63,227 nucleotides of DNA from Octopus bimaculoides (GCF_001194135.2 NC_068982.1:67310353-67373579), one strand, 5' to 3'. Positions 12,956 to 25,151 are shown, numbered from the stretch's first letter. Translations and numbers: made by a program. The notes: generated from the letters alone by a model not told the origin.

Positions 12956-13689
12956 TATTGAGCTTCCTTTAAACATTTGATCAGTTGCTTCTAACTATAG
13001 TCTAATCAAACAGAGCCAATCAAAGCTCTTCAGTGTCAAATATCAATCAAGTTGATTTAGTAACTTACAACTCTGACTAGAAATAACTCTCCCAGTTAGT
13101 AGGTTAGGTATTAGATTCTAAAATATAGGATTTCCTACTTTATACTATATTGTTCTACACCAAATTACTCAGAGTTTAAATCTTGTTATGATTAACTCTG
13201 CTACTCATTCCAAGGATCAATAAAGTAAATACTTGTAATATATTGTGATAGGCCAAACTTTTATTCTCTATTATCTTCAACAAGTGATTTTGTGTCCTAT
13301 CAAGTAAGACAATTAGTAAGAAATATTTTCTCTTTATTTCTTCAAAATTGATTCCACATGACAGTGAGTTATTGTAAATAAATCCAAAGATTGCGATAGT
13401 TTCTCATGAAACACTATTGTGAAATGGATAAGAAGGTAAAATTCTGACTCAAAGATCATAATTCTAAGTCTGGTTTTGGGAGCAAATTTGTGTCTTTATA
13501 AAAAGCACTTAGCTTCATATGTCAGGCAATAGATTATTTAAAACAACCAAGCAATAAACTATTGCTTACTCTATTCCAGATCAAATCAGCAAGAATAAAA
13601 CAGATATTGCCATCTGAGCATCATAAAATCCTCCAAATAACTTATACCACAGCAGGTGCTTCTCAAAGCAGCAAGACATATCCTCTTAC

Positions 13690-14025
13690 TTGTTTCAGTT
13701 ACTGGACTGTTGCCATACAGGGGTACCACCTTGAAGTACTTAATAGAACAAATCAACTCTGGTACCTTTCTTTTTTGAAATGTCTGGTACATATTCTATC
13801 AGTCTCTTTTGCTGAATACTAAGTAACAGGAATATAAACAAACCAACACTGGTTGTCAAACAGTGGGAAGAAAAACACATGCACATATACAATGGGCTTT
13901 CATTCAGTTTCCATCTATCAAATTCACTCAGAAGATATTAGTCTGCCCAGGGCTATAGTGGAAGACACTTACCCAAGGTGCTGCAAAGGGATACTGAACC
14001 CAAAATCACATGGTTAAGAAGCATG
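13690..14025 (-). mobile_element. SINE family E/F
   Basis: Reverse complement of motifs at 57925-58100 and 59330-59555. Confidence 0.7.
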
Positions 14026-14359
14026 AGAAACTCATCAGTTGATCAAAAATCCAAAAAGGTGAAAAGTGACAGTAATGCCAAGTTGTTTAGCTTAATGACC
14101 AAAACCATTATTCAAGCCTTTTGAGAATCATTTTGTAGAAGATTCCATGTGTGGACAAAACACATTTATCATCTCAAAAATGAATCAAGAAACTGCAAAA
14201 AGAATTTGAGTCAAATGTGGGGAAAGTAAAACTGGTGAAAATGTTAGTGTAAGGTGCAACCCAAACCCAATTATTTCCAATAAACAATAAAATTTGATAA
14301 GTTGGAACAGTGACAAAACATTTTATATGTTCACAAACAATATTGTAAAGACTAAGGTC

Positions 14360-14700
14360 ATTATCATCATCATCATTTTAACATCCTTTTTTCCATGCTT
14401 GCATGAGTTGGATGGAGTTTATTCATGCTGAGTCTCTATGGCTGAATGTTCTTCCTGTCACCAATTTTTACCTCTTTCATAGCAATTTTTACCTCTTTCA
14501 TTGCGATAGTTTCTCATGAAACACTATTGTGAAATGGATAAGAAGGTAAAATTCTGACTCAAAGATCATAATTCTAAGTCTGGTTTTGGGAGCAAATTAC
14601 CCATGGCCAAACATGTTTACACGGAATGTTGAAAATGAATGAGATTCATTTATAGTAATCACACAATGGCCAAAACAAGGAGACACAAACATACATACAC
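14360..14700 (-). mobile_element. SINE family D carrying a templated insertion
   Basis: (CAT)n end and family match with 27235-27420 and 61470-61700; interrupted by a copy of 13390-13488. Confidence 0.7.
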
Positions 14701-14714
14701 TCACACACATATAC

Positions 14715-14753
<39 letters not shown>

Positions 14754-15454
14754 CAGGCTTCTTTCAATTTCCATTTACCAAATCCACTCTCAAGACTTTG
14801 TTCCGGTCAAAGCAATAGTACAAAACACTCAAGGTGCCACAGTGGAACTGAACCCAAAACCATAGGCTGTGAAGCAAGCTTCTTAATCATACAGCCACAG
14901 TACCATAAAACCAATACTTTTGGATGAAATGCCTTGTAACATTTGCTCCCCCTGTGATATACAGACTATTTCATGTCAATTTTGATTTGGTAAAAGTAGA
15001 GACATTGTAAGCAGTGATTGTCTCGTTGGAAACCTGTAACCAGTAATGCTATTGTTAAATTCAGTCATAAATAAAAATAAAGATGGGAATGGATACAGAT
15101 GACCGGTAGCACTTAATGAGGAATTAAGTAAATATCAACCTGAGAGGCAAGTTGAGTGCAAATGAAACAGTGTTTGTCTATGAAAGCCATCAATTAGTGT
15201 ATTCAGCTAAAGAATGATTACATTGTGAAGTGGATGAATACAAATTTGAGATATATGAAGAGATCAAAAGTGAAGTGAATTGGTAACAGAAAGTACAGGA
15301 AGTATAAGTAGATTTATGAAGTGATAGTTAGAGTGGAGTATAGGCCTTTCAAAAGTAAACTTCCTAAATAACATTCTACAGAATGCAGACATAATAAAAT
15401 AGAGCGGACTGCAGATATTTCCAATCTATGATTGCATAAAAAAAGAGTTAATTT

Positions 15455-15800
15455 GAGGGTTGGCTCAGTGGTTAGAGCAGCTCACAATCATGAGATAGTG
15501 AGTTCAATTCCTGGACCGGCTGTGTGTTATGTTCTTGAGCAAGACACTTTATTTCACATTGCTCCAGTTCACTCAGCTATAGAAATGAGTTGCAATATCA
15601 TTGGTACTGAGCTGTATCGGCCTTTGACTTTCTCTTCAATAGCATTGATGGCATAGAGAGGGGAGGCTGGTATGCATGGTCAACTGCAAGTCTTCCATAA
15701 AGAACCTTGTCCAGACTTGTGTCTCAGAGAGTAATTTTCCAGATGCATCTCATGGTCATTCATGAGTGAAGGGGTCTTTACACTTTACCCTTTATTTATT
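15455..15800 (+). mobile_element. CORE-like SINE (family B variant)
   Basis: TGGCTCAGTGG and AGTTCAATTCC boxes, TTCTTGAGCAAGACACTT, (TTTA)n tail. Confidence 0.85.
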
Positions 15801-17231
15801 ATGATAATAATATGGTGTTTGATGTGGTGTGCAAGGAGTAGTACCTTTGCAAACCTGTCAACCACACATCTTCAGATGTAGAGAGTAGCACTGGTCTCTC
15901 CATTTACGACGCCAGTTTACACAAAATTCTAAAAGAAAAATTATGTAATATTTGCAGTTTGAGGCATTGGAGAGGCACTTCCTCAGACTTGCATCAAAAT
16001 CATGCTATTACATTGTGCGTCTATCAGGCCTTGTTGTTAGGAAATTACCAGGAGGAACAATCTTATTGATAATAGCATGAAATTGTGATGATGTTTGGCT
16101 GATAACAGTTGAAAAATGAGCATGTCCACAGCTTGTGAATGTTTTTGCACCCATAGAAAATTCTTGATATTCACCCCACTCAGAGTGGATAACAATGATA
16201 ATGATGATGTTTTACAATACAGTTTTTAAACTTTTCTCACAGTTCCTGTATTGGTAAGTAATTATTTTTATTTCTTAATTAGTCATCTCTTCAGCAGTAT
16301 TTCCAGTAAGCTGTAAAAGGGAACTTAGTATTTCAATGGTTGCCTTTTCTTTTTACTATTTTGTATACCATTAAATAGCTGTCAATCCATCAAGTATCCA
16401 ATCAATTTCATAAAACAAACACTATTTTTAGACATATTTGTGAGATTTGAAAGAATAATTATCAAGTGAGATCTAATAAAGCTTAACTGAGGCAAGGTAT
16501 TGAAATGGTTATACAGAAACGTAATTACAACATCTCTAACAATTGTAATGTTAGCTGATTCAAGTAGCAGCACACTAAGCCACCATATATATATATATAT
16601 ANNNNNNNNNNNNNNNNNNNNNNNNNNNNNNNNNNNNNNNNNNNNNNNNNNNNNNNNNNNNNNNNNNNNNNNNNNNNNNNNNNNNNNNNNNNNNNNNNNN
16701 NAAATAAGTAAATATATTGCAAAATAAAAACAAAAAAGAGCAATCTCAAGACATGATTGAATCCATCATTTTGAATAAGAACACCAGTTGATTTATTTTG
16801 TTTGTTGTTCGTTTGTTAGTTACCTTATTCAAAAAAATTCAATTTTAAGCTTTCTAAATCTAAAAAGAAAATCAATTGATATAGCTAGTTTTGGGGAGAG
16901 AAGTTCTAGCAGGAATATTTTTCTTCCAAAGAAAAATAGAAAAATAACAATATTAATGGTAATAACAACCAAGTAAGACAGAAATGGAAACATTATTGCA
17001 ATAATGATGAAACTAATGGAAATGTTAATGTGCAGGTCTGTGAACACAACCAAAGTATATTCCAATATATGCTTTATATAAATATTATAGATAAGAGGTA
17101 TGTAGAGTACTTGGTGATATAGGAAAATAAGTTTGTATGAAAATAGAATGAGATGACAATAATATTAATATTTCTCAAATAATAATAATATGATGATGAT
17201 GATGATGATGACAAATATTCTCGAAATGATA

Positions 17232-17830
17232 ATACTGGTTTCAAATTTTGGCACAAGGCCAGCAGTTTTTAAAGGGTTGGGTAAGTTGATTACATTGACT
17301 CCAGTACTTGATTGGTACTTCTTTATCAATCCCAAAAGGATGAAAGGCAAAGTTGACCTCAGAGGAATTTGAGCTCAGAATGTATAGATGAACAAAATGT
17401 CACTAAGCATCTTGTTCAGCATGCTAACATTTCTGCCAGCTTGTCACCTTTGTCATAATAATTCTTTCTAAAATATGCACAAGGCCTGAAATTTTGGGGA
17501 GTCAATTACACCACCTCCGGTGTTCAACGAGTACTTATTTTATCAATCCTAAAGATGAAAGGCAAAGTCAACCATGGCAGAATTTGAACTCATAAATATC
17601 AGTTGAGCATTGAGTCACTCTAATCGACTTATCCACTGCTCCAAAATAGGCAGATTTGTGTCAGAATTTGAAATCAATATTACTTAAATTAGAAACTATT
17701 ATTTAAGGACAAAAATTCATAGCAGAGTTAATTGACTGAGTCTTATTTCCCTGATCTCAGGAAGTCGAAGAGATTAAATAGGCCTTAGCAGAATTTGAAC
17801 TCAAGATGTGGGAGAAACATACTTAAATAT
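17232..17830 (-). mobile_element. Pile-up of SINE family A copies
   Basis: Minus copies at 17232-17450, 17462-17595 and about 17710-17830, plus one plus-strand 3' fragment at about 17600-17690. Confidence 0.75.
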
Positions 17831-17849
17831 TGCTTGAGTATTTCATCTG

Positions 17850-17854
17850 AATCT

Positions 17855-17934
<80 letters not shown>

Positions 17935-17990
17935 ATTGCTGCTTCTACTGCTGCCGCTGCTGCCACCACCACCACCACCACCACTACTAC
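17850..17990. repeat. Compound trinucleotide repeat (CTA)n(CTG)n(CCA)n
   Basis: Directly visible. Confidence 0.95.
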
Positions 17991-18889
17991 TGTTTCTGTT
18001 TTTTATTGTAGTGATAGTGATGATGCCAAGGAGAAGGAGGAGAGGTAATATACTGACAATTGTGAAAGACAATGGTGAGGATTTTGATGATGATAGTGAA
18101 GATGATATGGTGGTAGTGGTAGTGGTGGTGGTGGTGGCTAGGAGAGGATATTGAAGACAGTGAGTATGAGAAAGAAGAAGGGGAGATGGTGATGATGATG
18201 ATGATAATGATGATGATTAGAAGGAGGGGGCAGGGAGGAAGAAGAGAAGTGGAGTGGTGCAGGGAGGTAGGAGAGGCAACGGAAAAGGATGAGGACACTG
18301 CTGATGATGAGAAGGAGAAAGAGGTGGAGGCCCAATGCTGACAAGACAACTGGCAAAAACCATAATAACTATAAAAATAATTTATGATGGAAAAAAACAT
18401 TTTGAAATATAAAGAAAAATCCAAGAAACCAGATACAGGAAAAGTTGTGCTAAAAGACATGCTGTGTTTAACTTGATACTTTTAAAGTGTTTTATCTTTC
18501 TTGCTGAGAAGTTAATGTATTTTTAGGATCATCAGACTTGTACTAAGCTAAGTAAAAAAGGTAAAGAATTTAGGATATGAAATAGAGAAAGAGTGGAGAG
18601 AACAATATGTAAAGTTACATGGATAATAAAAGTTGGAATGAGCTGCAGGGTGAGAAGGAAATAAGATGAGGCTTAGAATTGACAACTGGTATGTAAAATA
18701 ATACGAGAATTTAGCAAATATGGAATTATAGAAATAAAATAAATTTGGTAGATTCTTTTTCAAATAAAATCAAAGAAAACTGCATTGTGGAAATAGAATT
18801 TCATTCCTGTATGAAACAGGTGTTTGAATATTTTTTATGAATAATTGAGTGTATACATTTTGTTGTAGAATAAGTAAATATATTGGTTG

Positions 18890-19175
18890 TTGTTGTTGTT
18901 TTAGCTTCAGATTAGCTCTAGCCTAGCAGATTTATGAGTAAAAGTGTTCCAGATGTGACCATCCTATCCTATTTTAGCTTCTGGGTGCAATGTATCTAGG
19001 TCAACATTATCCAGTGTATATTTCCTATTTTTTTAAAAGATAGATTTGAAATTGTGTCTTAGTTGTTCAGCTGCTATTTCTAGCTGCTCCTTGAGCAGCT
19101 AGAAATGGCAACCGAATCTTTCTCAAATCAGGGCATGATTTGAGGGAGATTTAGCTACTATTTCTAGCTATTTGA
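18890..19175. mobile_element. Dispersed repeat with (GTT)n end and internal foldbacks
   Basis: Related segments at about 4400-4540 and 21330-21500 in the opposite orientation. Confidence 0.55.
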
Positions 19176-19319
19176 GTATGAACAACAAAGGAATTATTAT
19201 GATACTTGCTAGCTTTATTAAATTCCACCTTATAGGATGAAATGTGGTATACTCTTTTACATATGTAACTAGATTTCTAAATATAAATAACTAGATTTCT
19301 AAATATAAAGACAGAATGA

Positions 19320-19890
19320 TTGGAGTTGTAGTTAAGTTTTTCATTTAGTTTTCTATAAGCTTGATATCCACTTGTTAGAAAGTCAATGTTAACTGTGTAT
19401 AGTTGAGAAGTATCACATTTCAACAAAAATGATAGTCAATCAGAATTCAATATTAAAAATAATGTCAAAATGCTGCCACAGGTACAAGTTTTATTTAATA
19501 AGTTATAAGGAATAAATGAATGAAAGTATCAAAAGTAGAGAAAGTCGAGACCCAACTGAAAGTTCAAAACCAAACTGAAGTTTGCAGTGATCTATCCCTA
19601 GAGAAGTTTTTAGTTCAAGATACATTTCAGTCAATCACCATTTGATGATTGCCATCCAGTATGAAACTTAAAGTAATGGCAAAGAAGTATCTCCAATGTG
19701 TATACATATATAATGTGTATACAAATATACAAATATGGAAGTGTACTAGAGATTTATGTGATAGAAGCACGGAGCTTTGCTTAGAATGCCAGCACATTAC
19801 CAATGATGACGTGTATGAGCTGTTCATGAAAGCATTGGCTTTCATGGAAACAGGAAATGACTTGAATCCAGATGACTTATCCAACCTATG
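19320..19890 (+). mobile_element. Possible hAT transposase relic
   Basis: Stop-riddled LEKFLVQDTFQSIT..LPSSMK..NDLNPDDLSN, loosely resembling hAT central/C-terminal regions. Confidence 0.35.
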
Positions 19891-19895
19891 CCATT

Positions 19896-19929
<34 letters not shown>

Positions 19930-19931
<2 letters not shown>

Positions 19932-20155
19932 AGTTTCCCAGTTTCCCGGTTTCTATGGCGTATGTGTTCCCCCCAGCTGGACGGGATGCCAGTCCATCGC
20001 AGCGTTACTCAAGAAACAGGAACAAAGAAGAGTGAGAGAAAGCTGGGGTGAAAGGGTACAACAGGGGTCACCACCACCCCCTGCCGGAGCCTCGTGGAGC
20101 TTAGGTGTTTTTGCTCAATAAACACTCACAACGCCTGGTTTGGGAATCGAAACCA
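19930..20155 (-). mobile_element. tRNA-derived SINE, chimeric body (head runs into gap)
   Basis: 5' half matches 57194-57380; 3' half matches 2805-2880. Confidence 0.8.
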
Positions 20156-20469
20156 NNNNNNNNNNNNNNNNNNNNNNNNNNNNNNNNNNNNNNNNNNNNN
20201 NNNNNNNNNNNNNNNNNNNNNNNNNNNNNNNNNNNNNNNNNNNNNNNNNNNNNNNNNNNNNNNNNNNNNNNNNNNNNNNNNNNNNNNNNNNNNNNNNNNN
20301 NNNNNNNNNNNNNNNNNNNNNNNNNNNNNNNNNNNNNNNNNNNNNNNNNNNNNNNNNNNNNNNNNNNNNNNNNNNNNNNNNNNNNNNNNNNNNNNNNNNN
20401 NNNNNNNNNNNNNNNNNNNNNNNNNNNNNNNNNNNNNNNNNNNNNNNNNNNNNNNNNNNNNNNNATATA

Positions 20470-20630
20470 TATCATCATCGTCATCATCATCATCGTTTAA
20501 CGTCCGCTTTCCATGCTAGCATGGGTTGGACGATTTGACTGAGGACTGGTGAAACCGGATGGCAACACCAGGCTCCAATCTAATTTGGCAGAGTTTCTAC
20601 AGCTGGATGCCCTTCCTAACGCCAACCACT
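20470..20630 (-). mobile_element. SINE family C 3' part
   Basis: Near-identical to 6498-6645. Confidence 0.85.
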
Positions 20631-20732
20631 CATATATATATATTTGTATGTATATATATATATATATGTATGTATGCATGTATGCATGTATGTATGTATG
20701 TATGTATGCATGCAATATATATATGTATATTT

Positions 20733-21090
20733 TTTATTTATATTAAGGGTATTACTATACATAAATGCCTCATGCTACGAGGGACTCTTAGAGTCAAAAC
20801 TACCATAATAAACACATTTTACCGAACACGAGGAAATGCAACTCTCAAAGTGAGCATCTTAAAAACAAGATGCTCGCTTCGAGAGTTGCATTCCCTCGCC
20901 TTCGGTAAAATGTGTTTATTATGGTAGTTTTGACTTTAAGAGTCCCTCGTAGCCTGAGGCATTTATGTATAGTAATACCCTTAATATAAATAAATATATT
21001 TAAAGGGAATAATTTATAATTTTTTCCCTAATGAGGTTTTTCAAGCTGACTACTTGATAAATTCTTATAAAGATTTTATCCTATTTTTAA
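20733..21090. mobile_element. Foldback element: 128-bp inverted arms plus about 95-bp tail, in a TA-rich microsatellite
   Basis: Arms 20733-20860 and 20867-20994 with a 6-nt loop and 7 mismatches; right arm and tail recur at 37349-37535. Confidence 0.85.
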
Positions 21091-21985
21091 CAAAACATGG
21101 AAAATCAGATGTCAAATAAAATGTGTGTATGCATGTGCATATATATAAATTATATATGTGAACGTATCTGTGCCTACCCATGCATATAGAATTATGTATT
21201 TGTGAATATCTGTTTATAAACATGTACTGGCGTTACATGTCTTTCTACTTTAATAAATAAGCATAACACAAAAAAGACAACGAAGCTTTGAGGTTTCCTT
21301 CTCTTGTCTTTCGACCACCAAGGTCAATAAAAATAGTCAGAAATAACAACCAAATTTCTAATCAAAATCACACCCTACAACTGGATAATGCAACCCTCAA
21401 CACAATATCCAAAAATTTGATGGAATAGCCATGGTTGGATTGTTTTGGTCATAGATCTACTTCAGGTCAGGTAAAATTTAACCTGAGGTTAAGCAACAAC
21501 ATAGTGCTAAAATCTTATGATCAGAGATGGATTCTTAGAGCTCCATATTTAAGCTATTATCTTACTGTGCTACTCCGTACTGTTACGAGATAATATCTCC
21601 ACATAATCAATAAACTGACAAAAAGTAACATAATTACAGGTAAGTTCCAGTAAAACTAATCATCTCTACGAAGTGGAGTTTCAATTTCTTTTCTGTTTTT
21701 TTTTTAAATTCCATTTTCGAAGCAAATTAGCTCCAAGCAAATCTCTTGTGTTATCTCTTGTATCTTTACAGATTAAAAACATTTTGGCACACACCATTCA
21801 CAAAGATCTTCTTTTCAGCTCTAGTCACTAATGCAGATTCTTTTCAGAACTCTAGTTACTAATGCAGCAGTGTTGATAATAAACATAATGTAATACAATG
21901 GTGAATGAATAATAGAAGTGAAAAAAAACAAAAACAAAAAAACAACATCACTCCTTTAAAAATACATTTGGAAATTTATTTAAGA

Positions 21986-22048
<63 letters not shown>

Positions 22049-22739
22049 CTGTGAACTTTACTCTAATTCGAAAAATTTTGAAAGTGGGGGAGGAAGCCCT
22101 GAAACATTTGAGCAAATGTTTAAATGTTTAATTCATATAATGCACTAATGTGTGGTTGTGTGGGGGTATTGGTACCTGATGATTTTGATGCTGATGATGA
22201 CGACGATCACGAGGAGGAGGAGGAGGAGGAGGAGTTAATAGAGAGAGTGGGTGAGAATGGTGATGACAATATTGAGATTGTGAGCAGTGATAGTGACAGA
22301 ACTTGACAATAACGTGGGTGGATGACAAAGAAGTAAGAAAGGTGAAAGATGAGAAATAGAGAGGAAATGATGATGGTGGTGGGTGTATAATGCTGATGAT
22401 GATGATAATTTGTAATGGGGGAGCAGAAAGTGAATATACCTGGAAAAGAAAGTAAGCCTGGTGAACCTGTTACTTAAGAATAGAATTATAACTTGAAAAG
22501 ATTTGTAGCATGTTTCTACCTTTGAAATGTAACATACACATATGTATAGAAATGTGTGCATGCATGTGTGTGTGTGTGTGTGTTGTATTTATGAGAGTGT
22601 ATGTGCACTTCAGAGGGTAAAGTATATCTTGTTGTCCCTACAGAAAACATACAGTGTGAGAAACTCAGAGTAGCAATGCAGTGAGTTACCTGCAACTTCA
22701 AATAAATAAACTCAACGTATATTGAGTATATGCTCTGTA

Positions 22740-22940
22740 GTGTCTTCTCGCTATCGCTTGACAACTGGTGTTGGTTGGTTCATTTACATCCCTGTAACTT
22801 AACCTTTCAACAAAAAGATTAATAGATTAAGTGCCGGACTTAAAAATAAGTACTCGTGTCAATCTATTTGACTACACCCTTCAGGGTGGTACACCAGTAT
22901 GGCCATAGTCCAATGACCGAAGAAAGTAAAAGATAAATGA
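22740..22940 (+). mobile_element. SINE family F 3' part with (GATAAA)n tail
   Basis: Family match with 59985-60205; the tail is interrupted by the mariner element. Confidence 0.7.
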
Positions 22941-22942
22941 TA

Positions 22943-23640
22943 CAGGGTGTCCCAAAAGTCACTGATGGGTTTCAATTTTTAATAACTTCCTTAGCTTTAC
23001 AAATAAATGCATGAAATTTTGATACAACATAAAGGACAATGGAAATTAATATGCACATGTCTAATTTTGTAACACCACTACATTACATATGAAAAATGAC
23101 ATTGCTTTGTCAAGTCTGGGGAATGTGAAGGCCAGTCGACATTGCCATAGCAGGAGATTATTCTCTCTCCAAAGGACTGCCATAGCAACTGCATTGTTTC
23201 ACTTGCAGTATGAGCAGTTGCCCCATCTTGCTGGAACCATGTGTGAGGTCTACTTGGAATGGTTTTCACTTTCCCCAGACTTGACTAGCCTGGGTTTTTA
23301 TTGTAGGGATACCTAAAAGAGATGGTTTACATCAACAAAACAGAGACCCTGGTGCAACTGAAGGAGAACATCAATAGAGAAATCAGAGAAGTGGTGTCTG
23401 AAACTCTTGAGGGTGTTAAGGGGCAAGTTTTGGAAAGAGCATGGGCATGCAAAGCCGAAAATGGCTGCCATTTAAGCGATGTCATTTTTGATATGTGGTA
23501 TAGTGGTGTTGCAAAATTTGACTTGTGCATGTTAATTTCCATTATGTTCTTTATATTGTATCAAAACTTCATGTATTTATTTGTAAAGTTAAGGAAGTTA
23601 TTAAAAATTGAAATTCATCAGTGACTTTTGGGACACCCTG
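22943..23640 (+). mobile_element. Rearranged Tc1/mariner non-autonomous element, TA TSD
   Basis: TA-CAGGGTGTCCCAAAAG...CTTTTGGGACACCCTG-TA, with transposase motifs WFQQDGATAH..WP..SPDLT (minus strand) and SPDLT..GYLKEMVY (plus strand). Confidence 0.93.
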
Positions 23641-24097
23641 TATAAGATAAATCTATGAACTCGAGAAGGTTTTTCTGGTGAAAAATATGCTGAAATGATT
23701 TCCTCTTGTTTCCTTTGTCTAGGTAGAAAACCTTATGTTACCTGTTTGTTTCAAAGCTAGATAAACTGGTCATTATGGTGTTAAATGTCCTGTGCTGGAA
23801 AAAGTGACTTGATCAGAAAATATTAATGCTTACTGTAGATTTGAAATCGAAATACATTTTATATGATTAAACACTTATGATTACTCACTCGTCCTCTTCC
23901 TCCCCATCCCCAACACTACCCACATACTATAAATAGATAGATAGAGATAGAGAGAGAGAGAGAGGCAAAATGGCTCTGAGATTATAAAATTAATGGCCTT
24001 CAGGTCATTCCTTACTACTGTCATTGCGTTGCTTTCTTGGGCAGGCATATAATTTAATAAAGTTTATACAAAAATCATTGTCTATCAGTTAGCACAT

Positions 24098-24105
24098 CAC
24101 ACACA

Positions 24106-24177
<72 letters not shown>
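24098..24177. repeat. (CA)n microsatellite
   Basis: Directly visible. Confidence 0.97.
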
Positions 24178-24179
<2 letters not shown>

Positions 24180-24287
24180 GATGCATGCACACATACACAT
24201 TTACATCCACAGGTGTGTATGTATATAGTGGAGTATAATGAGATGGTTCCCAAGCTGTTATCTTCTGCCTACGTCTAAATATATTAG

Positions 24288-24421
24288 TCAGCTGAATGGC
24301 TTCTTTGGATAGCAACATAGTAATTTCTGGAAATTCTCTTTCATTCTCGACCATTTTTTGGCGGGGTTTGATCTCCCTGACCTATAATTATAGCAGAGAG
24401 TTTTCCAATTATATTTAAGAT
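24288..24421 (-). CDS. Candidate terminal coding exon of an unidentified gene
   Basis: Acceptor cttcctcttttcttgttcaacag| followed by phase-1 frame LKYNWKTLCYNYRSGRSNPAKKWSRMKENFQKLLCCYPKKPFS*. No homology recognised. Confidence 0.3.
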
Positions 24422-25106
24422 CTGTTGAACAAGAAAAGAGGAAGTTGTTTTCCTTTTCCTTTTATTTTGTACATATTTCAATACCATTTTAAGATTAAAG
24501 ACCTTCTAGGCAGAGGTAGCAATAATTTTTACTAAAAAGATGGAGAGACAATAGCAAAGAGAAGTAATATAGGGAAGAATGAGATGAACAGAGAAAAAAT
24601 AGTGTAGAAAGAATTGAAGGAAAAAGAGAAAAGAAAAATGGAAGAAAGAGAGATAAGGGAAGGAGGATGATTAAAATGTTGGAAATAGAGATTGAGAGGT
24701 ACAAAAAGAATGAGGACTAGAATGTGTGAGAGGAAAGAGAAAAATAGAGAAGATTAAAAGAGAGAGAGAGGGAGAGAGAGAAACAAACAAACAGAGAAGG
24801 CAGGGGAATGATGGAAAGTGAGAAAGAAATAAGGAAAATAAAGAAAATTATATTTGTTTGTGTGTGGGGTGAGTGGGAGAGAGAGAGGGAGAGGGAGAGA
24901 GAGAGAGCGAGAGTGAGAGAGAGAGAATGAGAGAGAGAGAGAGAGAAACAGACAGATAGACAGACAGAGAAGATGGGGTAATTATGGGAAAGGAGAGAAA
25001 AATAAAACAAGAATGAGAGAGAATAAGAGAGACAAAAAGAACAGAAGTGGGGAATGAAGGAGAGAGAGATTGGTGTAAAGTGAATGAGTTAAATAATAAG
25101 TGAGAA

Positions 25107-25151
<45 letters not shown>

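Noticed and set aside
15840-16200. Possible mariner N-terminal HTH relic
   Set aside because: Only a weak resemblance (STGLSI..LHKILKEKL), with no TIRs or catalytic motifs.
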